From NCBI GenBank assembly GCA_963845755.1, contig CAWJTV010000030.1:129680-193679 (forward strand): DNA of 64,000 nt. The letters are read 5' to 3'. Origin of the DNA: an uncultured Planctomycetota bacterium (GTDB lineage: Bacteria > Planctomycetota > Planctomycetia > Isosphaerales > Isosphaeraceae). This document shows, in pieces, positions 43,658 through 54,184 of this stretch. The translations under genes and the position numbers were made by a program. The stretch's first letter is position 1. Each line of letters opens with the position of its first letter. The notes beneath the pieces are model-generated. The model saw only the letters and a program-made list of their open reading frames with translations, was not told the origin of the DNA and did no database searches.

Positions 43658-44950
43658 TCACTCTTCGGCCGCGGTCAGTCCCATCACAAGTGATCGCAAG
43701 AACGGCTCGACGTCGGTCACCAATCCGATGGTCTGGAAAGTGCCGCGGTCGGCCAGCTTGGTCACGGTCGCCGGATTGATGTCGACGCTGACGACCTTCA
43801 CTTGCGCGGGAAGCAGGTTTCCCGTGGCGATCGAGTGGAGCGCCGTGGCGATCAGGAGTGCGAATCCGACGCCGTGGATTGCCTCGCGCATGCGGTCCTG
43901 GGCTACGAGGGTATCGGAGATCACATCAGGGAGAGGGCCGTCGTCGCGGATTGAGCCGGCCAGGACCAGGTCGATTCTCGCCCGGATCGCCTCGTACATG
44001 ATCCCGGACGTCAGGGCGCCCTTCTCGACCGCCTGTGTGATCCCCCCAAGGCGCCGGATGGTATTGATCGCGCGAAGGTGGTGCTCGTGACCATGTTCGA
44101 GCGGCTCGCCGCGCGAGAGGGAGACGCCGAGGCTGGTCCCGTAGAGCGATTGCTCGATGTCGTGGGTCGCAAGGGCGTTGCCGGCAAAGAGGACCTGGAC
44201 CCATCCGTCCCGGATGAGCTGCGCGACATGTCCGGCCGAGCCGGTATGCACGATCGCCGGCCCACCGACCAGCAAGACCTTCTTCCCCTCGGCACGGGTC
44301 TCCCGGATCGTGTCGATGACTCCCCGGAGGCCGACCGACTTGGGCTTCTCGCTGGAAACGGTCGAGCTCATGAACCCGAAGAGACTGACCTCGCGCGATC
44401 GCTCGAGCGGCAGCACGCGCACACCGGCGTATCCGACGACGATCGGCATGCCGACCTCAACGTGGATCATGGGGATGCAACGGGCGCGCCACCGTTCGCG
44501 GTCAACGACGATCCCGCAGTCCATCTCCTGGTCGTCAACGTCGGCCCATCGACCGTGGATGCGGACCTGCGTCGGCTGGTTCGTCGTGCTGTAGAACTCT
44601 TCCGGGAAGGCCCCGGCGATATCGGCAAGGACCACCTGGGCGTCTTCCGGATGCACGGGCGAGGCGCCGTGTTCGACCACGTCTCCCAGGATGGCGCCGA
44701 GCGTCTTGTGGTTGTCGGCCCGGATCGCGATCCGGGCGTAGCTCGGGTCCGACCGGTGGACTCCGATCTTGCACTCGCGGATCTCGAACGTCCCGCCCAT
44801 CAGGAGGATCCGGTCCAGGATCTTGGGGAGGAGCAACGAGTCAACGATATGACCGCGGACCTCGACCTCCTCGCCGACGCCCTTCGGCCGGGAAGCGGCC
44901 TCCGATGTCGGTGCCGGGGCCTGACGCTCGCGACCGTGTTGCTTGGCCAT
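43658..44950 (-). CDS. TIGR00300 / LOR-SDH domain protein (ornithine cyclodeaminase-like)
   Basis: GHIVDS, FYSTTN, QEMDC, FGFMSSTVSSEKPK, GPAIVHTG, GNALATHDIE, LAGSIRDDGPLP, LHSIATGN, VDINP. Confidence 0.85.
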   Translation of the reverse strand: MAKQHGRERQAPAPTSEAASRPKGVGEEVEVRGHIVDSLLLPKILDRILLMGGTFEIRECKIGVHRSDPSYARIAIRADNHKTLGAILGDVVEHGASPVHPEDAQVVLADIAGAFPEEFYSTTNQPTQVRIHGRWADVDDQEMDCGIVVDRERWRARCIPMIHVEVGMPIVVGYAGVRVLPLERSREVSLFGFMSSTVSSEKPKSVGLRGVIDTIRETRAEGKKVLLVGGPAIVHTGSAGHVAQLIRDGWVQVLFAGNALATHDIEQSLYGTSLGVSLSRGEPLEHGHEHHLRAINTIRRLGGITQAVEKGALTSGIMYEAIRARIDLVLAGSIRDDGPLPDVISDTLVAQDRMREAIHGVGFALLIATALHSIATGNLLPAQVKVVSVDINPATVTKLADRGTFQTIGLVTDVEPFLRSLVMGLTAAEE

Positions 44951-45096
44951 GGTGGTGTACCTCCCCATCCTCGGAGCCGCGTGGCGCGACGGTCGGGCCG
45001 AAACCCCGAATCGAAACGACCCCGACAATCTCCCGGGGCGACCGGCCGATCACATCCCGTCGGACTTTGGCGATTCCACGCATCCGATGCGGTCGA

Positions 45097-45125
45097 ATTA
45101 TATCCAGCCGCGTCCGGATTGTCCT
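45097..45125 (-). promoter_or_regulatory. Putative sigma70 promoter for the TIGR00300-amidinotransferase-sixA run
   Basis: Minus strand AGGACA-N17-TATAAT (perfect -10 box) about 150 bp upstream of 44950. Confidence 0.4.
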
Positions 45126-45721
45126 TGCGAGGGCGTCATGGCCTGCCCAACCGGGGTGGAGACTGGCGGCTCGTTGCTGCCGTCCCGCCTTTGGTAGGGA
45201 CACCTTGCTCAGCAGTGCCCGATGGATGCAGCGGGTGGCGCGGTATTCCCGCCGCGGATCGTGGCACAATATGACACTTCTAGTCAAAGAATCGGGAGGG
45301 CCCCATCTCCCATCTCTTTGGTACGAAGCGACTTCCGGATAGCTGTGCCTCGACTGGGCGCGGACTGGCGGCATTCCGAATTCGGAAGGCGGGATGGTCC
45401 GATTTCTCTGCTTCATCTGTGTCGGAAGGGCTCTGGTGTCGCTTCGAAATAACGGTCGTGCGCGCTCTACTATTAGGATGCCGCAGGTTTTCAAAAACGT
45501 TAATGCACCTACGGCCGAAATCGGACATTCGTGCTCCCGAAATCTCAACCTAGCCAGGAGTTAAAGAATTCGAAAAAAAAGAAAAGGCTGTGGATTATGG
45601 ACCGCATTTGTCCATCCATGCGTGCGTGGTGGCGGGGGCGCCCGACCGTGGGGGCGGGAAGGTCTCCGCATGTTGCGGCCATCGGCGCGAAGTTCGGATT
45701 GCTCGGCGAGACGCCCCGATC

Positions 45722-46648
45722 TCAATGACCCTGATTGCCAGACGTTGGCTCGGCGGCGCGATGCGGCTCATACTTCAGCTCGCCGGCCTCGATAGCCAGG
45801 GACAGGCGGTTCTGCGGCGGCGCCAGCGGGCAGGTGGCGTAGGGGATGTAGGCGGCACGGCAAGTTGACGGCGCAGTTGAAGTCGAGAGTGACGAGGTCG
45901 TCAATCGGCGGAGCGGCGTAGAGTTGCCGGGCGCCGCCGTGGGTCGTCCGACCGCTGGTCTTGTCGCGGAAGACGAACCACAGCCGGCCATCCTTCAACT
46001 TGATAGCCTGGAGGCGGTATTCCTTCCCCTCGCGCTCGAAGCTCACGTAACCCGGGCTGTCCTCGATCTCCGTCTCGCCGACGATCGTATCCATGACCAG
46101 CTTCGTCGGGGATGGGTAGGCGACGAACCGCGCCTCGATCTGCCAGTCCGCATTGATGGGATACCACCGCAATCCGGCGAATTCCTTGCGAAGCGGACTG
46201 AGATTGTCCTTGAGTCGAAGGGCCAGGCGCTGACCCCGTTTGATCAGGATCAGCTTGATGTCGCCCACGGCGAGGGTGTCGGGGTGCGCGTCGGCATCGG
46301 AATGGATTTCCCCGGATTCGAATGGCTTCTGATCCCGCGTGACCGTCACGCCGGACGCAGTCTGGAAATGGACTTTTCCCTCCTGGAGCGTCATCGTGCC
46401 GACCGAGGCCGGGGCGTGGGCCGGGAGCACGATATCGTTGCTCGGATCGCTGCCGATCCGGGTCTCGCCCGTCCGGAGCCACGACAGACCGCTAACGCTC
46501 AGCCAGCCGTCCTCGGCCTTCAGGCCGGCCTCGCGCTGCTGCCGCCAGCGCTCGATCCGGTCGCTATAGGGCGGGCTGATGGCCGCGGCCGGCGCAGGCC
46601 GGTCCAGAGCGCCAGGAGCAAGAGGAAGCCCACTGCATCGCGAGACAT
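45722..46648 (-). CDS. DUF1684 family exported protein (frameshifts near both ends)
   Basis: LKAEDGWLSVSGL, RLALRLKD, WYP...WQIEARF, FVFRDKTSGRTTHGGARQL, LDFN.A.N, YATCPLAPPQNRL. Confidence 0.85.
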
Positions 46649-46880
46649 GATTGACCTCCCGGACCGCGGCCGAAGATGGGTCTTGGTTCCTGGACGGTCA
46701 CGTCCGGCTCGACCCTCGAACTCCTCGAACATTTTACGAGGTTGGATGATAATCGCAAGAAACTCGGTTAACTTCAGGGGGTGGCAAGGCGTTCCGACGA
46801 CGTTGAATCACAGAGGCGGAGGGATCCCGGCAACAGTTCTCTCTGACAGCAGCCAAATTCGTCATACCAAAGGACGTGCC

Positions 46881-47966
46881 ATGGACGATCAATCCGGGTG
46901 GAAACCCTGGAGGCGCATCTTCCGAATCCGCCTGCGGACGCTGATCATCCTCGTCCTCAGCGTTGGTGGCGGACTCGGTTGGCTGATCCACGAAGCCCGC
47001 GTCCAGCGTGACGCCGTCGCGACGATCACGCGAAACGGAGGGAGTTGCGCCTATAGCTGGCAGTGGTCCTACAAGCAACCGTACCCCTCCCGACCGAAGC
47101 CCCCATGGCCCGAGTGGGCCCGTCGGGCACTCGGACCTGACTTCCTGGAGTCGGTGTCGTCGGTCCACCTGATGGGCGCGCGGTGCGATGATGTCGGATT
47201 GCAGGCGGCCTGTCGCCTCCCCTGGCTTCAAGAACTGTGGGTCGAGAACGCGAGCGTGACGGACTCCGGCGTCGAGCGCATCCGGAACCTCAAGCATCTC
47301 CAACACCTCGTGCTGAACCAGAAGGACCTCACCGCCGGACCGCTCCGGCTCGTGGCTGGGATGACCGACCTCCGCGACCTGAAGCTCGGCAAGATTCCGT
47401 TACGAGACGAGGACATGACGTTCCTCAAGCGGCTCACCAAGCTGGAGCGACTCATGCTCCCCAGCCGGAACCAACTGACGGAGGCCTGGCTCCCGAATCT
47501 CCAGGGGATGGTGAACCTGGATTCTCTTTACCTCTTCGACCAGGCGATCACCACGAAAGGTCTTCGTCACCTCGGGCATCTTTCCCAATTGAAAACTCTC
47601 AGCCTCCATGGCACGCGAGTCACCCGACTGGAACCTCTGCGCCCGCTTACCGCGATTGGGTACTTGTGCCTGGCTTACACGCCGGTCGATGACTCCTCCT
47701 TGCCCGTACTGAAAGACCTACCTCTGCTATACGATCTCGACTTGCGGAAGACGAACGTCACCGATGCCGGGATGCTCACGCTGGGTGGGTTCTCCGCGCT
47801 CCGCGACCTGGACGTGTCCCAGACGAAAGTGACCGACGCCGGGTTGATGAACCTGGCGGGTTCGAAGAGTCTTCGGACCGTCACCGTTCGCGAATCCGGG
47901 GTGACCGACGCCGGGATTGCGGACCTCGCGAAACGTAATCCCCTGATCACGGTGAGGCAGCGGTAA
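46881..47966 (+). CDS. Leucine-rich repeat protein with N-terminal TM anchor
   Basis: FRIRLRTLIILV anchor, QRDAVATI..GG, about ten 24-aa LRRs (L..LDL..T.VTDAG). Confidence 0.85.
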   Translation: MDDQSGWKPWRRIFRIRLRTLIILVLSVGGGLGWLIHEARVQRDAVATITRNGGSCAYSWQWSYKQPYPSRPKPPWPEWARRALGPDFLESVSSVHLMGARCDDVGLQAACRLPWLQELWVENASVTDSGVERIRNLKHLQHLVLNQKDLTAGPLRLVAGMTDLRDLKLGKIPLRDEDMTFLKRLTKLERLMLPSRNQLTEAWLPNLQGMVNLDSLYLFDQAITTKGLRHLGHLSQLKTLSLHGTRVTRLEPLRPLTAIGYLCLAYTPVDDSSLPVLKDLPLLYDLDLRKTNVTDAGMLTLGGFSALRDLDVSQTKVTDAGLMNLAGSKSLRTVTVRESGVTDAGIADLAKRNPLITVRQR

Positions 47967-48066
47967 TCCTGCGCGCACAGTTGGGCTCTGGATGATTCCC
48001 GTCCGTTTCCCAAGGGCGTGCTTCATCTCCAGCAGTCAGGGCGGATGCGTCGGGTCAATGCATGGT

Positions 48067-48501
48067 TCACGGTCGCCAGGTCCAGAGGAAGGTCCAGGAT
48101 GGGGGACTCGTGAAGCGGAGCCCCTTTGCAAAGTCGATCGATGGTGCTGGCCGCGGTTCCAACGTGTCCGTGAGAACGGAGAGGGCCTCGGCGGGAGGCG
48201 TCGGATCGGGCTCGACGGGCAACCACGGATAGTCGGAGAGACGCCAATACTTCTGGGCCATATGCCGGGCCCAGGCATCGCGGACCCGCACAACGGGGTT
48301 CCTTTCTACCCATCTACCGTCGATGAATACCGCGTGGCCGGAGTGGAATCTGATCCAGGCAAAGGCCGCGGCCCGCTGGCGATAAGCGGCCGAGCGTTGC
48401 CTCATTCTGTCGATCCAGACAAGTCCACCCAGTAACAGGGCGATGATCCCCGTCGCGACCATCATCCGGCGCACGGTGTAGCGGAATCGGAACGGTCGCA
48501 T
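48067..48501 (-). CDS. Hypothetical membrane-anchored protein
   Basis: RFRYTVRRMMVATGIIALLLG anchor; KY...YPWLPVEPDP motif. Confidence 0.65.
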   Translation of the reverse strand: MRPFRFRYTVRRMMVATGIIALLLGGLVWIDRMRQRSAAYRQRAAAFAWIRFHSGHAVFIDGRWVERNPVVRVRDAWARHMAQKYWRLSDYPWLPVEPDPTPPAEALSVLTDTLEPRPAPSIDFAKGLRFTSPPSWTFLWTWRP

Positions 48502-48559
48502 GGCCGGAGTCCCTAAATCTCTTGGTAAATCAGCGAATGATGACTCTCTGTGAACATGA

Positions 48560-49140
48560 CTATAGACCGTCAACGATCAGTCCCAAGAGTACGAGGAGCA
48601 GGAACATCGCCAGGCTGGTGTAGGCCACGCGATGGTTGACATTCCCCCGGGCGGTACCCAATCCGAAATGCGGACCCTGGCCGTTCCACAGCCAGAAGCC
48701 TATCGGTACCGCGACCGCACCGAAGACCCTCAGTACCCAGACGGGTGACCCTTGCCGAAGCATCTCCCCGCAATCCCCGGTGCCGAGAGACGAGCCGACG
48801 CCGAGGTAAGCCCCATTCGCGATCAGACAGAACCCGGTGAAGAACCGCGCGAGGAATGCCGCCAGGCACCCGAGTCGCCGCGAGCAGGCCCCAGACGATC
48901 AGCGGCAACAGCACGCCCACCAAGGGCCCGGCCCAGACGACGACCAGCGGATGAGGGTTGTCGATCATCTCGGTGTGCGAGATCCTGAGCGGATGCAGGT
49001 CGACGGTGGCGATCTCGCCGCCGGTGAGCAGGGCCCCGAGGACATGCCCCAACTCGTGCGCCGCCTGCATCGCGAGCCAGGAGCCGAGGAGTGTCGAGAC
49101 GACGAGGATACCTTGAGGGGCATTTTGCGTGAAATTCCAT
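48560..49140 (-). CDS. Peptidase M50-like membrane protein (frameshifted; start uncertain)
   Basis: MQAAHELGH (HExxH), WAGPLVG, GFCLIANG.YLG...GDCG. Confidence 0.65.
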
Positions 49141-49177
49141 GATTTCAGCCGAGAGGACTGCTCAGTTGCCACTCTAG

Positions 49178-49479
49178 AGTTTTCCTCCGTAGGATCCCTG
49201 CGCCGTGCCGCACATCTGGGGATTCCGAATTCCGGATTCGAGATTCCGGATTCCCGGATCATTCCCCTTCGGGAATCCGGAATCTCGAATCGGGAATCCC
49301 GATTGGGTTGCGGCCGAAGGCCGCGTTAGAGTCTTCCTCCGTAGGATCCCTCGCCCTTCGCGCATCTGGGGATTCCGAATTCCGGATTCGCGATTCCGGA
49401 TTCCCGGATCCTTCCCCTTCGGGAATCCGGAATCGCGAATCGGGAATCCCGATTGGGTTACGGCCGAAGGCCGCGTTAG
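49178..49479 (+). mobile_element. Head-to-tail dimer of the ~150-bp heptamer-stem element (49178-49329, 49330-49479)
   Basis: Two near-identical units AGT(T/C)TTCCTCCGTAGGATCCC...GGGGATTCCGAATTCCGGATTCG...GGGAATCCCGATTGGGTT(G/A)CGGCCGAAGGCCGCGTTAG. Confidence 0.9.
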
Positions 49480-50242
49480 GTGTTCCATTTCCCCACGGTC
49501 GGCACCTTCGGCCCGAACTTGCCGGGACGGTTGGCGATGATTCGTCGACTGATCCGGTCGAGAACGAGGACGATAAGCAAGGGGCCGACGAACAGGCAAC
49601 TACAGAACGCCAGGAAGTCCGGAAGGGCAGCGGGCTGAGCGTCGATTGCCCGCGGAAAGCGCGCGGAGAGCCAAAGGCTCATCGGAACGAGAGCCACGAA
49701 GACAAATCCCACGATCAACATGGCCATCAGGAGCGTCCTGGCCTGATTCACCCCCTTGCCGATCCAGACGCGCATTCCCGATCGGTAAGCCGCTACCAGG
49801 CCCGAAGCTGTCAACGCCGCCGACAAAGTGAAACCCCCCATGACCAGAAACATCGATGCCAGGCCCGCCGAGGGCATTTCGCGTCGTTTCATCGCGTGCG
49901 CGGAGAGGAATACGGAGGCCAACATCAACACGAAGCCGGCCATTCCGAGCTTCCAGGCCCCCCAGGCATAGGTAAACCGGCGCAGATCGTGCCGCCGGCC
50001 TTGCTGGGGATCGATCGGGCGAGCTGTCGCCCCCGTCGGAAATCCCGGGCGGCGACCGATAGGCCGGCCGTCACGACGGCCAAGGGTGGGAACAGGAACC
50101 AACCCAGCGCAATCAGACCGGCCACGATCAGCCATGGTCCGTAACGACGGATTCGAGAGGCGGGTTGGGCCGGTCCTGGAGCCGGGTAGGCGAACAGCTC
50201 CCAGACGGGGTCGCCCACGAGTCGGTCGTCCGTTTCGTTCAT
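49476..50242 (-). CDS. Hypothetical multi-pass membrane protein (frameshift near 49975)
   Basis: 5-6 hydrophobic helices; TAA stop lies inside the end of the flanking element. Confidence 0.6.
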
Positions 50243-50298
50243 CACCCCTCCAAGTCATCGCACCGGCGGAATGGGCGGTCGCGCGTCAACTGGAATCC

Positions 50299-50597
50299 CT
50301 AACGCGGCCTCCGGCCGCAACCCAATCGGGATTCCCGATTCGCGATCCCGGATTCCCGAAGGGGAATGATTCCGGAATCCGGAATCGCGAATCCGGAATT
50401 CGGAATCCCCAGTTGCGCGAGGGCGGAGGGATCCTACGGAGGAAGACTCTAACGCGGCCTCCGGCCGCAACCCAAGAGGGATTCCCGATTCGCGATTCCG
50501 GATTCCCGAAGGGGAATGATTCCGGAATCCGGAATCTCGAATCCGGAATTCGGAATCCCCAGTTGCGCAGGGCGCAGGGATCCTACGGAGGAAGACT
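50299..50597 (-). mobile_element. Head-to-tail dimer of the ~150-bp element, opposite orientation (50299-50448, 50449-50597)
   Basis: CTAACGCGGCCTCCGGCCGCAACCC...GGGATCCTACGGAGGAAGACT twice; reverse complement of the 49178 units. Confidence 0.9.
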
Positions 50598-50666
50598 CTG
50601 ATTCACCGCTTCCATCGCTCGCGGCGGCCTGGGTCCGCTTGATCGCGAGGTCAGGCGGGACACTGC

Positions 50667-51203
50667 TCACATAGGCTTGCCAGTGAATGGGTTAATGGCT
50701 CCCTTGGGTGGTGGCTCCGTGACGATGCCCACCGACGGATGAGCCCGCCGGAACGCATCGAGGGCGGCTTCACTGATCTTGCTGTCAACGAGGATCAAGT
50801 CCTCAAGAGCCTCAAGGCCAGCCAGGTGTGCCAATCCGGCGTCCCCGATGCCCGTATGACTCAGGTCGAGGGACTCAAGAGCCTCAAGGCCAGCCAGGTG
50901 TGCCAATCCGGCGTCCCCGATGCCCGTATGACTCAGGCCGAGGATCTGGACGTAGGGGAAGTCGCGGAAGAGCGACAGGTCTTCGTCGGTCACCACCGTG
51001 CGATCCAGGGACACAACGCAGATATCGGGCTCCCAAACGCCGTGGCCGCCGAGCGCCTCGATGCGGTCCCAGGCAGCTCGCTCCCTGCGGACCTTCGCCA
51101 AACGCGCCATCTGGCTTCTCCTCGACTGCTCGAATCCCAAGATCACAAGGCCGATGACGACGATGGTCATCCACCACCGTGAGGTCATCCGGGGCAGTCG
51201 CAT
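50667..51203 (-). CDS. Small LRR protein with N-terminal TM anchor
   Basis: MRLPRMTSRWWMTIVV anchor; LSHTGIGDAGLAHLAGLEALE present twice. Confidence 0.8.
   Translation of the reverse strand: MRLPRMTSRWWMTIVVIGLVILGFEQSRRSQMARLAKVRRERAAWDRIEALGGHGVWEPDICVVSLDRTVVTDEDLSLFRDFPYVQILGLSHTGIGDAGLAHLAGLEALESLDLSHTGIGDAGLAHLAGLEALEDLILVDSKISEAALDAFRRAHPSVGIVTEPPPKGAINPFTGKPM
50802..50937. repeat. 72-bp-period tandem duplication (64 bp identical) inside the LRR gene
   Basis: CTCAAGAGCCTCAAGG...GTATGACTCAGG at 50802 and 50874. Confidence 0.9.
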
Positions 51204-51829
51204 GGCCCCTTCCTCCACCGTGATGGGCTGGCAAGCCTCGATCCGAGTCCAGGCTTTACACAATCATTCCGACGTAAGTCTGTAGTTGAACGCCCCGGAT
51301 TTCGTTGATGCGGCGGGGATACCACCCTTACACATGAGACACTTGCAAGTATCTCGTCTGACGGTTGCGAGAAGATCACCGTTCTGGCGATAGCCATCCT
51401 TCAAGATACCGCGCCGCACCGATCGTCGCACCATGGTCGCATGGTCGAGTTGGCCTTCCCGTCGCATACGGACGAGAAACAACGCTGAACCCCGAGGAGC
51501 TTTCTCTGTTCCGCTCATCGACCTGTCGGCAGTCGGAACGCCATTCTTCGTGGCCACGCTCGGCGCACTGCGAAAAACGTGACTCTAACGCCACGAGACG
51601 AGATGGCCGCGTATGGGCCAGTTGGATAACCAAGAACTTCCGCTCATCCCCCGCCTGACTCGTCACCCACTCCGGAAGGTTGGCTGCGTCGAGCCCAGTG
51701 CTCGGTTGACCTCGTGCCGCACACCCAGTTATGATCGGACATCTGTCATACTCGGCCTCATGGACCCATGGCGACGGCGCACCGCGCGATGGCCGCACGC
51801 CAGCTACAGCCTGATACGGGAGGACTTCC

Positions 51830-53964
51830 ATGTGCAGCCCGCGTCCGTCACTCACCGCGCTGCTCCTGATAGCGGGAGCCTGCCACATTCACAACCTCGC
51901 GGTTCGCGCCGTGGCCGAGCCGACGAAGTCCGGCGGCCAGGCGGCGATCTCCGGGACGATCGTCAACGCATCGGCGGCTCCCATTGCCGGGGCGCGGGTA
52001 ACCTTGTATCGCCTGGAATCGCCGAACGGTCGGTGGGGACGTTTCAAGATCGCGCACGAGAGGTCCACGACCGATGAGGCTGGAACGTACCGGTTCCCGG
52101 GTCTGGGAGACGGTTACTTCATGGTGTCGGTCGAAGGAGCCCGGTTCGCTCGAACGCTCCGCGCCGCGACCATCCAGGACCATGCGTCGCAGCAGGTCGA
52201 TATTGTGCTCAAACCGCCCGTATCGCTCGTCATTCGTGTCGAAGATCAGGACGGCAAGCCGGTCTGCCGGAGCACAAGTCCGAGAGATCACCCGGCGCGG
52301 TGTGAACGGAGAGTGCCGACTCCCGCAACTTTGGATGCGCTCGACTCGGCGTTTCGATCCCATCCAGCGACGCGGAGGGATACCTGAGGCTGCCGCCACT
52401 TCCGGCCGGAGAGATGATCAAGGCGACCATCGACCATCCCCGACTCGCGCCGGTCAGGATGGAGGAGGTCTCGGCGGTCCCGGGCGCCGCGGCCAGGGTG
52501 AGAATGCAGCCCGGCGTCGCCGTCACGCTGCACGTCCCGGTCAATCCCCCGGCCGAGCGACTCCCGAGTGCAGTCGTGGACCTGCGGCATGAGCCTTTCG
52601 ACGACCCGTCGACGATGATTCATTACGAGGTCGAATTTGATCCCAAGGGTATTGCGCAACTGACCGTCGCGCCGGGGAACTACTCGTGGTTCCTGCTCCA
52701 GCACGAGGATTTCTTCTTGACCCCTGTCTATTCCGCGAGTCATCAGAAGAAGAACTGGCTCCGCATCGAGCCAGGGCGGAATCAGGACCTGCACATCGAT
52801 GTTCACCGGAAGGTTTCGGTTCGAGGGCGGGTCGTCAACGCCGACACGGGGAAGCCGCTGCGCGATATGTCGGTGATGGGAGAGCTGGCCCACGGTACGC
52901 CGCAGGGATGGGCCGATCCGCCCGCGGACCAATGGAGCTTTGCCGGATGGGCCGAAACCGATACGCAGGGGCGATACGCGATCGACCTTGCCGCCGGGCT
53001 CGCCCGGGTCTCCTTTGAGGGACGCGAGTTCGTGGCGGAACAGGATTACTACGAGGTATCCGTCGCCGCCGACGGCTCGACCGTCATCCCGGATATCAAG
53101 GTCCGTTCCTTGAAGAAGATTGTTGGTGTCGTGCAGAATTCCGACGGCACTCCCGCCGCACGCGCCGTCGTTCGACTCCGCGGAAAGTACCTGGGAGGGC
53201 TCCAACCGGTTTTAACGAACGACGCCGGTCGCTTCGAGGTCCGGCCTGAATGGATTCCCGTCGACCCGGCCACAGGAAAGCGCGCCTTCGTCCAGCACGT
53301 GGTCGCATTCGATCCGTACCGCCCCCTGGCAGCCCGCTCCGAGGTCCGGCTCGACCAACCGAAGGAGATCGTGCTCAAGCTAGAGCCTCACGACCCGGAG
53401 TGGCCGGTGTCCGCGTTCGAGTCTGACCTGACGGACTGGGAGCGTGGCATCCAGCCCACCGCCGACGCCGCCAAGGACGCGGCCGTCTCATTGCGTGGCC
53501 GGACTCCTCCCGAGATCGACAGTGCTTTATGGCTGAATACTCAGGGTCAAACCCTGAGGCTCGCCGACCTGCGCGGAAAGTACATCCTGCTCGATTTTTG
53601 GTTCATCGGCTGCGGTCCTTGCCACGCGGACTTTCCATCGGTCAAGTTGGTCCATGAGTTGTACAAGGACAAAGGCGTGGTGGTCATCGGAGTCCACAAC
53701 AATTCCAACACGCCCGAGGCTGTCCGGGCGCACGTCGCCAAGCTCGCATTGCCCTTTCCTGTCGCCGTCGACCATCCCGACGGCCGAACGATCGCCCGCT
53801 TCGAAGAGCACGGCGTTCCCGCCGGCTACCCGGACTACGTCCTGATCTCACCCGAGGGGAAAGTTCTCCTCGATGACCGCACGATTCCGCACCCGACTTT
53901 GCGAATCTACAAGCTGGAAATCATCCGCAGGCTTCTTCTCGAATCGCAGGCGACGGGACAGTAA
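51830..53964 (+). CDS. Exported protein with carboxypeptidase-regulatory-like beta-sandwich repeats and C-terminal TlpA/redoxin domain (frameshifts near 52265-52350)
   Basis: ISGTIVNASAAPIAGARV, TTDEAGTYRF, VRGRVVNADTGKP; LRGKYILLDFWFIGCGPC. Confidence 0.8.
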
Positions 53965-53994
53965 GTAACGATCCGGGAAGGACTTCCGGCCTCT

Positions 53995-54054
53995 GTAGGG
54001 TGGGTGAAACCCACCAGGATCGGGGCCGTTCTCAGTGGGTTTCACCCCTTCCAC
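53995..54054. repeat. GTAG-type REP doublet
   Basis: GTAGGGTGGGTGAAACCCACC ... GTGGGTTTCACCCCTTCCAC between convergent genes. Confidence 0.7.
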
Positions 54055-54077
54055 GGAGATCTCGGACCGATTCTCAA

Positions 54078-54141
54078 AAGCTGTTTCAAAACGGGGACAG
54101 GCACCTCGAAGACTCGGAGCCAGTCCCCGTTTTGAAACAGC
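54078..54141. repeat. 64-bp hairpin element, copy 1
   Basis: AAGCTGTTTCAAAACGGGGACAGGCACCTCGAAGACTCGGAGCCAGTCCCCGTTTTGAAACAGC, identical to 62261-62324. Confidence 0.9.
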
Positions 54142-54184
54142 TTGTTATCCCCGGCCTGTGCATGACACTCCGGAGGGCTGTTGC

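Noticed and set aside
44951..45095. Guanidine riboswitch upstream of the arginine-catabolism genes
   Set aside because: Only fragments (ACGGGA, CCCGGGAG) resemble ykkC; the CTAGGGTTCCG core and paired ACGR hairpins are absent
49174..49599. ORFs with repeated SGFPIRDSGFPKG/GIRNRESGIRNP peptides (also at 50086-50601 and 63241-63415)
   Set aside because: These are translations of the heptamer-stem element, not independent genes
49178..50597. CRISPR array
   Set aside because: Units are ~150 bp, directly adjoining, with no unique spacers of regular length and no cas genes
51204..51829. Possible gene or ncRNA in the 600-bp gap between divergent genes
   Set aside because: Short ORFs lack recognisable motifs and no clear structure was seen; probably promoter region or decayed sequence
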